From NCBI GenBank assembly GCA_002269645.1, contig NIVC01001150.1, positions 198,422 through 262,421 of the forward strand: a DNA stretch of 64,000 bases, in the 5' to 3' direction. Position 1 is the stretch's first letter. Every line of letters begins with the position of its first letter. The notes beneath the pieces were generated by a model. It saw nothing but the letters and a program-made list of their open reading frames with translations. It had not been told where the DNA came from and ran no database searches. Origin of the DNA: Macrostomum lignano. Its lineage: Eukaryota. Below, piece by piece: positions 13,501 to 23,024 of this stretch. Made by a program: the position numbers and the translations under genes.

Positions 13501-15331
13501 GATATAAACTTGATTGAGTGCGTAATAACGAAATGATGATATACATTTGTATATTGCCAATATTAACTACATAAAAAAGCCAGGCCGGGGGCACAACCAC
13601 AGGGTCGGGGGGGCGAACGCCCTTCAGAGGAGACCAGGAAAAAGTTTAAAGCAGTACCATCGAATTTTCGCCAAAATACATGTAACCGTAGAAAATGGAA
13701 TGGAAAAACCTGGTATTTGGAGCTGATTGAGGCTCAAACGAGACGATAACATAAAACCGCGCACAGGGCTAGCGTGTCTCACGAAGATACATTTACTTGT
13801 AGTCAGTCAGACTATCAGCCAGCGTATGGAGGGCCGAGGGGGTAGGTGAAACACTGCCTGGGCTAGATCAGCGTACATAGCGAAGAATTGAATAATTGGC
13901 ACGTACATTTAAAATCACGCAATGCAAAGAAAATCAATAGGTTAGTAGTCCACCTCCAAAACAATACAGGTTTTTGCCCGATTTTGATCTAACTGATCCC
14001 CTCCTCATTACCGAAGCCACGAACCAGTGTCGGCTTAAGTCTTTTAAATTTCATGACTAATTATGTCAACTGTACAGTGGTATCACACACGGCAAACTAT
14101 TTTTCCATTTTCCCGAGATTTTTGCCTAATTCCTAATTCCGAGGGGGCAATCGAATATTTTTGTCACAAACAGTTTTCTATGCATTGAAGAGCAGGCCGG
14201 GATTCTGTGGAGTAAATCGAGGAATCAATATAGATCGTTTTTATTCTCGTACAATAATCTGCATTTCTTTAGGGTGGTTCCGCCTATTAACTCAAAGGCT
14301 AGACATGCTCGGGTGAAGGTTTTGAAAGTCGGTTCGCTTAGCTACACTGTAGCTGGGATAGGAAAGCAAAATAAAGTCTGTATAATAATAACTCTGATCT
14401 GCTCAGGAAGCGATCACTAACGTACGGGTTCAGAGACTGCTCAAACTACATTAATAATTCAGTGTTTAGGCTGAGCTGAACTGCACCCGAAAACTTTAGA
14501 AGCAGAAAGTTCTGATTAGACCAACAGAAGAAAGAAAACAATCCGTGGGAAAGTCTCAAGGAGCTTGCAGCCGATCGCGTTTGAGTGGGCTGCAGGTGGA
14601 CCGCAGAGACGGAATGGAGCTTCGAATGGAGGGACTCTGTAAAGATCGGAAGCAACCGGACAGGCTTTCATAGTTTTTTTATAATAATTAAAGAACCAAT
14701 TTTTTCTTTGTTTTTCTGCTGATCGGGCTTTCCGTTGATCATCATTGCTCGTAGCCTTGCGTAGGAGGATGCGGAAAAAAGTATTGCAAAATATGTAACA
14801 ACAGAAAATTAAAACACGAGACTTCTGAAAGAAAGCAGTAGGCCGGGATATCAAAATGGCAAAGACAAATGCAGAACTGGTACATGTATGGTAAATCAAT
14901 TTTTTGCTAATACGAGCTCGCACAACCGCATGTCCTCTCTCTCCTTGACAATTTTTATGCCTTCAGTGAAGTCGGGGGACAAATTTATGGAAACAATAAT
15001 TAATCAGAAGCTTTGTCGCAGGATTCAGAGCAACTCAGATTTATTGCTTGTTTAGGCGATATCAATTAAGCTTCTCTATTTTTAGCTCTCCTGACTACCC
15101 CATGCACCTGGAACATACGGTAAGACTCTTTCAATGGATAAGAAATGTTTAAGTATTTTTTACGCGATTGCAACAAATTGATCGATCTGGGAGGTAACGT
15201 GAAAGTCAAACTCTGTGCATTTCAGTCAGACTCCAGTTAAAACCTTGAAAAGTTCACGAGTAAAATTGATTGTTACTTTGAAGCTCAATACCGCCGAGTC
15301 AGCGCAACACCACAGGTTCTCAACCATTCGT

Positions 15332-17293
15332 TCAGCTGTCGCCGTCTGTCTTGCCCACCGCGATCCGCCTGGGCGCGACGGTCATTTCCGGGCCCGTCCT
15401 GTGGTGGGACAGCCAGCTTCTCAGCAGCCACAGCAGGTGAAGGCCCAGCTCAAGCAGCTCGCACAGGGTGAGAACGCTGACGCCAAGGTAGAGGCCGAGC
15501 AGGCCGCCCAAACCGCTAAACAGATCGGACAAGTCGAAGGCCAAAGTCTCCTTCATCAACACGGCGCGGTCGGAGCCGTCGGCCACGCGCAGCAGCAGAG
15601 CGGCCAGGTTCCGCCTGGCCAAGCCGGCGTCGCCCGACTCGGCCATGGCGGCGGCATCGAACAAGCCGCGGTTCAGCCGCCGCAGGAGGCTGAGGTTCAG
15701 GGCGGGCTCTCCGTTGCGGTACAAAGTGTTTGCAGCCAGCCAGCGCTGAATGTCGCCAGCCAGGATGACTCCGTCTGATGTCGGCCAGGCCTTCAGCTCC
15801 GACCAGGCATCGTGGTCAGCCGAATTGCAGGCCGGCTGGCAGGAGGCCTCCGCTGTTCGCCTGAGGCGACTGTAGTTGGAGGCGGAGCAGTTGTAGTTGG
15901 TGGCCAGCTGGAGGAGGCTGTTGACCTCGCCATCCGTGACAGTGCCGTTTGCGATGCGATCCCGGATGTCCAGGGCCGATCTGACAGCCTGCGAGTTTGC
16001 CATCAGCAAGTGAGTGAGGTTGTAGCAGAAGGGGTGCTCGACCAGGGAGAACTGGGCAGCCAGTGGCACCTCATACAGGTAGCAACCGCAGGCATCCCGG
16101 GTGAGCAGCTGCAGCTTTTCGTACACGCAGTCCATTCTTGTGAAGCGGTAGTTGAGCAGCACGAGGCTGCCGTTCTCCAGCGGAGTCCAGTACTCCACGC
16201 TGTCCTTGTCGAAGGCTGAAACACAGGGCCGAAGGTCGCGGCTGACAGCGTGCAGCTCCTCGTAGCCCAGAGTGACGGTGGCTTGGAAGCCCACAGAAAC
16301 GTGCAGCCGGTGCCCGGTGTACGGGTGGCTGCCGGGCTCGTGCACGAACACGTCAACGCCGCCCTCCTGGCCCTGCAGGAACAGCCGGTCAGCTGCCAGC
16401 CGCAGGTCGGCTTGAAGGCCTTCAGCGCCGGTAGAGTGCGAGTCAGTGTAGGCGAGCAATTGCAGCGGATAATCCGTCTTGTCTCCTGGATCCAGACCGA
16501 CCGTGGCGGCGAATTGGTCCCGGCGCATCAGCATGCAGACGGTGTGCAGCTGCGCTGAGGTCTGCCCGAAGCTCTTATGGTCGCAGGGCTGGGCGCCGTA
16601 GCGGCAGCTGAGCAGCATGAGGCTGTCGGGCTGGGCGAAACTGCGCAAGCTGGCCGTGCCCAGGGTGTCCCGCATGACCAGGCCTGGCAGCTCATTCACC
16701 AGCTGGTCAGTCACCTGCAGCAGCTGGGCAGAGTGGTACAACTCAGGGCCGAATCGTGGCTGCAGGTAGGAGGCCACAAAAATTTCAGCCAGGCTGCGGA
16801 GGCTGCGGAGGTTGGCGAAGAACTGCGCCGACAACGGCCTCCAGGACCAGCGGGCCGCCGCCACTGCCGCAGAGTCGTTAAAGGAGGCATTGTCAGGCTT
16901 GATGGCCATCTGGCTGACGGACAGCAGATGGCTGTTGCAGACGGTGATGTCGGGGTACTGGAAGGCGATTCCATCTTGCGTGATGGACGTGCTGATGGGA
17001 TGGGACAGGTACTTCTGCACCAGCAATGACGTGTTGAAGAGAAAGCCGCTCAGCGCGCCCACGATCAGGACAGCCCACAAAACCTGCACGAACCACACTG
17101 GACTGGCCAGCTTCATCACCCCATGGGCGCTGGTGGTCGCGGCGAATGTGTTCAGCATGGACATCAGCCGCTGCCGGGCTGCAGGGCTGTCACCGCCGTT
17201 CCCACTGCTCCTGCTGCTCTTGGCGCCCTGCCGCAGTTCCATCCTCGGGCTCTCCAACTGCATGGCCTGTGCATCCCAGATTTGGGTTCTCAT
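15332..17293 (-). CDS. DEG/ENaC/ASIC-family sodium channel subunit, about 653 aa, single exon
   Basis: FAATTSAHG (HG motif), TM1, YPDITVCN, a Cys-rich thumb, and TM2 LGGLLGLYLGVSVLTLCE containing the GxS filter. First ATG at 17293. Confidence 0.93.
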   Translation of the reverse strand: MRTQIWDAQAMQLESPRMELRQGAKSSRSSGNGGDSPAARQRLMSMLNTFAATTSAHGVMKLASPVWFVQVLWAVLIVGALSGFLFNTSLLVQKYLSHPISTSITQDGIAFQYPDITVCNSHLLSVSQMAIKPDNASFNDSAAVAAARWSWRPLSAQFFANLRSLRSLAEIFVASYLQPRFGPELYHSAQLLQVTDQLVNELPGLVMRDTLGTASLRSFAQPDSLMLLSCRYGAQPCDHKSFGQTSAQLHTVCMLMRRDQFAATVGLDPGDKTDYPLQLLAYTDSHSTGAEGLQADLRLAADRLFLQGQEGGVDVFVHEPGSHPYTGHRLHVSVGFQATVTLGYEELHAVSRDLRPCVSAFDKDSVEYWTPLENGSLVLLNYRFTRMDCVYEKLQLLTRDACGCYLYEVPLAAQFSLVEHPFCYNLTHLLMANSQAVRSALDIRDRIANGTVTDGEVNSLLQLATNYNCSASNYSRLRRTAEASCQPACNSADHDAWSELKAWPTSDGVILAGDIQRWLAANTLYRNGEPALNLSLLRRLNRGLFDAAAMAESGDAGLARRNLAALLLRVADGSDRAVLMKETLAFDLSDLFSGLGGLLGLYLGVSVLTLCELLELGLHLLWLLRSWLSHHRTGPEMTVAPRRIAVGKTDGDS

Positions 17294-17530
17294 TCTTATG
17301 CATCCGCGCCTCAGCTCCTGACCAATCACAGATCTGAGAGAAGGGGCAGTATACGCCACACTCAGGAGCAACTAAAGTACACTGCTTAGAAAAACCGCCC
17401 CAAAAATCCACTCGCAAATCAGGAAAATTCTTTGGAGGCAGCAGTTTCCACTGCAAGATGTATTGAATGGAAAGTAAGTTTTCAGATTTTAAACCACTTT
17501 AAAGCTCACTTTCAGGGAGGATATGTATAC

Positions 17531-19241
17531 ATTCTCCTCCTTTTCCCAGTGTGGCTATGGAAAAGTAAGTCCGAGGATGCATTTCTCAGGCCGAGGCGAA
17601 GACATATTTGGAAAAAGGAGGAGAAAATATTTAACCTACTGAAAGCAAAATACGCATCAATATCCAGTACAGTTAGTCTATGGCACAAGCTATGTGACTG
17701 ACTGGCTAAAGTGTTATAAATCGTCTACCTAGATGGAGCACTGAGCAGTCCATCCATTTGCATATATAATAGAACCATGGAAGACGACTTAGATCTAGTG
17801 CTACGATATTTTGAAAGTAAAGAATCCGCTGCAACGAATCCTGCTGCTGGTAGTGATCGATTCGCTACGCTCTCGACTGACGAAATACAAGGGAAGCTGG
17901 ACGCTGCTATCCCACCAAATACGCGAAGGAAGGAACTATGGGCTGTAAGAATTTTTGACCAGTGGTTTGAGCAGCGACACAATCGAATTCTACATGGTGA
18001 TACAACTGGCCTTCTCGTGTTGAAGGAGCGTCATGAATGGAACGCTTGCGATTGGAACTATCTATTAAAGATGTTCATTCTCGAGGTGCGAAAAGTCGAT
18101 GGCACTAAATACAATGCTACGACCCTTAGGGACATATTTTCCATGATGCAACACTATCTGCAGTACACGCTCAAGAAAGAACTGAATCTCTGGAAGGACG
18201 CTGCGTGCAGGGATGCAAGAATGGCATTGGATGCTGCCATGAAAGAAGCTACTAGAGAGGGCCTAGTTCCGGGGACAAATGCGTCTAGCCCAATTCCCGC
18301 AACTCTGGAGGAGGAGTGGTGGCAGAAAGGACGTCTTGCAACAACGTCGCCGAAATTACTGCTGTTTACGCTTGTGTTCTACCTTGGCAAGCAGTTCGCT
18401 TTGCGTGGAGGCACGGAGCTGCATGGTCTGAGATATAGCTGTGAGATCCAGTTGCAGCATGAAGACGGTCAAGAACTTCTAGTTTACTGTGAGAACAGAG
18501 CCACGAAGACCACCAACGCTGGCATAAAGCGACGTTTTGTTCCATTGAAAACCGTTAAAGCATCTCATACTGCTGATCATGATAGATGTCTACCCTGCAT
18601 CTACAAGCTGTATGTGGACAGAAGACCGGAAAACTGTACGGTTCAGAATTTGTTCCTGGCTTGGATGCGTAGCGATGCCAGCATCCAGCAAGGCAGGTGG
18701 TACCAAAACGCACCCGTCGGCCGGCACAGCTTGGACGGTATTGTTCGTGAATTAACGGCTCCCCTAACTGGAGTGACTGAAAGGTACACTAATCAGTCTC
18801 TACGCAAGACTTGCGCAAGTACTCTACACCGTGCTGGCTTTGCTAGAGAGGACATCGCTCGTGTTACAGGACACTCTTCGACAGCTATTGAGCGCTATAT
18901 TCAGTTTGACGTACAAGACCATGTTAAAGTATCGCATGCTCTTCAATCTGGTGGTCAGTCATCAAGTCTGTCTATTGACACCGAGCCTGAACGCTCTGTT
19001 GAAGCTATGGAACAAAGTAACGTAGTGACTGCTAATCCTGCAAAGAAAATGAGGCTTAACATCAATGGTAACACCAACACCGTTGAAATCGTTTTCGAGT
19101 GAGTGCTTACAAGACACTTCTAAATCTTACTATTTGAACTTCCTGTTGTTGGTTTACATTTGTTAAATACAACTGTTTATAGCAGGACTGAGAACTATTT
19201 CTCAGGCCTCGTTTGGGGACTGAGAAATGGTTCTCAGTCCT
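17531..19241 (+). mobile_element. Crypton-like tyrosine-recombinase DNA transposon
   Basis: Single YR ORF flanked by an exact 12-bp direct repeat ATTTCTCAGGCC (17581-17592 and 19197-19208). Each copy lies within an imperfect hairpin. The ORF is visibly less GC-rich than the host genes. Confidence 0.75.
17777..19102 (+). CDS. Tyrosine recombinase, DUF3504/Crypton (ZMYM/KCTD1/QRICH1-related) type, 441 aa
   Basis: IPPNTRRKELWAVRIF, LEVRKVDGTKY, FALRGGTE (Arg), TKTTNAG (Lys), YTNQSLR (HxxR position), VTGHS...ERY (His, Tyr). Confidence 0.9.
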   Translation: MEDDLDLVLRYFESKESAATNPAAGSDRFATLSTDEIQGKLDAAIPPNTRRKELWAVRIFDQWFEQRHNRILHGDTTGLLVLKERHEWNACDWNYLLKMFILEVRKVDGTKYNATTLRDIFSMMQHYLQYTLKKELNLWKDAACRDARMALDAAMKEATREGLVPGTNASSPIPATLEEEWWQKGRLATTSPKLLLFTLVFYLGKQFALRGGTELHGLRYSCEIQLQHEDGQELLVYCENRATKTTNAGIKRRFVPLKTVKASHTADHDRCLPCIYKLYVDRRPENCTVQNLFLAWMRSDASIQQGRWYQNAPVGRHSLDGIVRELTAPLTGVTERYTNQSLRKTCASTLHRAGFAREDIARVTGHSSTAIERYIQFDVQDHVKVSHALQSGGQSSSLSIDTEPERSVEAMEQSNVVTANPAKKMRLNINGNTNTVEIVFE

Positions 19242-19342
19242 CCTACAACCGATAAATTACCGTAGAAGTTGTTGTTCCTCGGGAAAAGGATGAGACTGCG
19301 AAAGAGGCGAGAAATGCACTTTCTGTAGGTTAATGACATAGA

Positions 19343-19606
19343 TTTAATTTTGCGGGATTTAATCGATCACTTTCCCGGACATATTGCAAGGATATTGCAT
19401 GTATCTAAATACGAGTAAGCGAGCTTCTCTCTTCTCTTCCTTCGTGACTAGAGAAATTTCTTAATGAAATTTTGTCTATGGTAAGAATGTGGGGGCTTCG
19501 CCCCCACACCCCCAGCAGGGGCTTCGCCCCCACACCCCCATCCCCAACTTCAACCATAGACATGTATGGCCACGGGATTAATCTGAATACATCCCGCAAA
19601 ATTAAA
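19343..19606. mobile_element. Small non-autonomous element (MITE-like) with 16-bp inverted repeats
   Basis: TTTAATTTTGCGGGAT (19343-19358) and ATCCCGCAAAATTAAA (19591-19606) are perfect reverse complements. Two internal GGGG(G)CTTCGCCCC(C) hairpins. No clear TSD. Confidence 0.55.
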
Positions 19607-19954
19607 GTAGTTTAAATAAGATATTCTATGGGTTTTTCGGCGACACATTAACACATTAAACACATCAACACATTAACAATACATTCATAATGCCTTCCAG
19701 ATTTCCAAATTGCCAATTAAACTGTGCGCATAGGCTGAGGTTGACCAAAAAGTTTATCAAGCTACCCTTGCCGAGCTTGTCTATGGTGAAATTCCAATTA
19801 ACGCTCTGCAAACCACAAAACCCGCAAAATCCGTTTAAGGAAAACATATTTTTTATCGTGTTGAATCATCAACCTCAGACAAAAATACGAGTACATGATT
19901 CCTGCAAAAGTCCAAATTCCAAACAGGATATTGTCAATTTAGTGCTAAAAATTG

Positions 19955-20350
19955 GAGGGATGCTTGCTATCGGGGGATGCTTGCTATCGGGGGATGCTTG
20001 CTATCGGGGGATGCTTGCTATCGGGGGATGCTTGCTATCGGGGGATGCTATCTATCTGGGGGATGCTATCTATCTGGGGGATGCTTGCTATCGGGGATGC
20101 TTGCTATCGGGGGATGCTTGCTATCGGGGGATGCTTGCTATCGGGGGATGCTTGCTATCGGGGGATGCTTGCTATCGGGGGATGCTATCTATCTGGGGGA
20201 TGCTTGCTATCGGGGGATGCTTGCTATCGGGGGATGCTTGCTATCGGGGGGATGCTTGCTATCGGGGGATGCTTGCTATCGGGAGGTGCTTGCTATCTGG
20301 GGATGCCTGCTATTTGGGGGATGCCTGCTATTTGGGGGATGCCTGCTATC
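19955..20350. repeat. G-run minisatellite, 17-19-bp unit GGGGGATGCTTGCTATC
   Basis: Tandem units read directly. Confidence 0.95.
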
Positions 20351-21879
20351 TTTATGAAGGCCTTATTTTATTGTGTCTGTTACTTCTAGAAAAAAAGAGA
20401 TTCATAGCAAACATCTTTGTCTGTAACAATTTTACTTGAATCAGGTGATTTATAAACTGAAGAACGAATTGGTTCTTAAGAAAATGTGCTTTTTAATGGA
20501 TTTGCATTGAAAATTTGCTCCTTGTTTATTGGCCGCCCCGAAGGGGAGCACTAGATTGCTAGTTTAGAGCCAAAAACTAAAATTCCTTCTTTGCCGATGC
20601 ATCTAGCAGCGACAACAGGCCTCCAGTGCAACTCGCGCGTGTTGCGAGTGTAAACGTCCATGATTAGTTGTCCATGCACTATCGGCTGGTTTCTGGCTTT
20701 GTTGCCATTCAACCCGGCATCCTGCCCGGCTTCTCCCGATCCGAGGCAAGAGGTCCGCAGCAGCCCTGAGAGCTGCTGCAGAAGCCGCTGATTTGCCACT
20801 GAATTATTCAGTCGCACTTGGCCAGACGCAATGAAAGTGGCGGGCTGCAGTCATACCAGCGCACGCCACAAGTGAATGTCGCTAATGTAATAGAAATTAA
20901 TTCGTACAGCAAACATAGTCGAGTGTTCTTCCAGCCTCAACCAGAATTGCAGCAAGAGCTTCAACACAACTAAGGCTCTTTTGTCTTCAGCTTTCAAAGG
21001 CATAGTAGTAATAAATTCCCAGGAAATACTGGCTTGAGGGCGATTTCCGATGTAGTGCGCCCGAGAGAAACTCGATCGCGCGTCTTACTAAAGTCTATGA
21101 GAACGGCATTAGCTTTGATTGCGTCACGAATCCAGATCGATTGTTTCTTTGGTTCATTTGTTTGTATGGTTCATTTTTTGTGGTTGTCGCGACTTTCCTA
21201 GTCATTTCTTAGTTCACCTTCACTTGTCTCTGTTTACTCTGTTTTCTCCTCTGTCTAGCTCAATCTTGTTATTCTTATCTCTCTCTCCCTTGCTGCCTTC
21301 TGATTGGCTCTCCATTCTCGCCTCTCTCTTCAGTCGCGCACTTCACCCCTCTCCTTATTATCTGGAGTCAACCCCCCTCTAAATTAAGTCATATAAATAT
21401 ACTTGTTTGGGCCCTGCGCCCACTTACTGGCTTATCTTAGATTCAATTTAACTCTAATTTAAATATCTCATAATTCAATTGTTAGTATTTTCTCTACAGT
21501 TGGTGTTTTGAAACTTTTTAAATCAAGCGATTTTAAACTTTGTTGAATATCGACTGAGCAAAGTGAAACAAAGAGCAGAAGCCGTGTGACAGTGGCTGGC
21601 AGTGGCGGGCGTGAAGGGCAGGGGAAAAATGAGAAAGCTGATGTGACGTAAGAAGCAGTGCAAGAATACGCTCGTACGGCCAAGTCTCCTCCTTGGTCAT
21701 GCAGGCGCATCGAAAAATACTGCTACTTGAATAAGACTGAAGACGATTGGGCCTCACCAACATCCGAAGAAACTCGGTGCGGCCCTGACACACCTGACTT
21801 GACTCTGACTACGAGTAGAAGATCAACGTAAAAAATGACAAAAAATAATTCAGTGCAACTCCCCTGATGATGTTTGCCT

Positions 21880-22330
21880 GCAACTCTCTCGATGCTTGAC
21901 TGCAACTCTCTCGATGTTTGACTGCAACTCTCTCGATGTTTAACTGCAACTCTCTCGATGCTTGACTGCAACTCTCTCGATGTTTGACTGCAACTCTCTC
22001 GATGTTTGACTGCAACTCTCTCGATGTTTAACTGCAACTCTCTCGATGCTTGACTGCAACTCTCTCGATGTTTGACTGCAACTCTCGATGTTTGACTGCA
22101 ACACTCTCGATGCTTGACTGCAACTCTCTCGATGTTTGACTGCAACTCTCGATGTTTGACTGCAACACTCTCGATGTTTGACTGCAACTCTCGATGTTTG
22201 ACTGCAACTCTCGATGTTTGACTGCAACTCTCTCGATGTTTGACTGCAACTCTCGATGTTTGACTGCAACTCTCGATGTTTGAGTGCAACTCTTGATGTT
22301 TGACTGCAACTCTCGATGTTTGACTGCAAC
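21880..22330. repeat. Minisatellite, 20/22-bp unit CTGCAACTCTCTCGATGTTTGA
   Basis: Tandem units read directly. Confidence 0.95.
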
Positions 22331-23024
22331 TCGAAGGGGTTTTAGGGCGATTCTCAATGCGTGAGGGCGTTTACAGAGCGACTGTAGAATTCGAACGAAA
22401 AATGTTACAATGCTGTGACTCCACTGGCTCAAGAAAGCAAAATAAACAGAAAGACGCATGACGCTAAAGACGCTAAAGTTTAAAATCAAGAGATCCAGTG
22501 GATTGTACGGATGGCGGCGAGATCAAACAGATGGCGGATGCTCAGTAAAAAAGCACAATTTTATTTCATTGGCAAACAGGTGCAATTTAACCCAATAGAA
22601 AAAATACTAACAGCAAAAGTGTCGCAAATCAACAGCTTAAATCACAAATTAAACTGAAGCTCGAGGCTTCACTCCAACTACGGAAATCAGGCGGGAAAAA
22701 TCGCAAAACGGATTCTAATGATTTGTTCAACAGAAAAATGGTTCAAAACTCTATTGGAACGCACAGGTTTCACAGGAAATGGGGGGGCTGTAGCAATTGC
22801 TGCCGGGTGCATCGGTGCGACATGGCCTTGTTGAATTCCCCCTTGAATTCCCATGAGCTTGGAAGCAACAGGCAGACCTCGCAGAAGCAAACTGGTAGAT
22901 CACAGCAGCAGGTGCGCGAATCACACAGAAGATTGCTTACGAGAATTAATGATAATGGAGTCAAGAGTTTTATTCACTAGAGTTAATATTTCACCAATAC
23001 TGATAATTCAAACAAACTAGAGAT

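Noticed and set aside
21735-21776. CTGAAGA...GAAGAAAC hammerhead-like motif
   Set aside because: Stem II closing pair and the GAAA register do not fit, and no convincing stems I/III.
22330-22489. Minus-strand peptide RILQSLCKRPHALRIALKP reminiscent of the Penelope RT-to-GIY-YIG linker
   Set aside because: Too short; no RT or GIY-YIG motif found on either side. It would need an HMM search.
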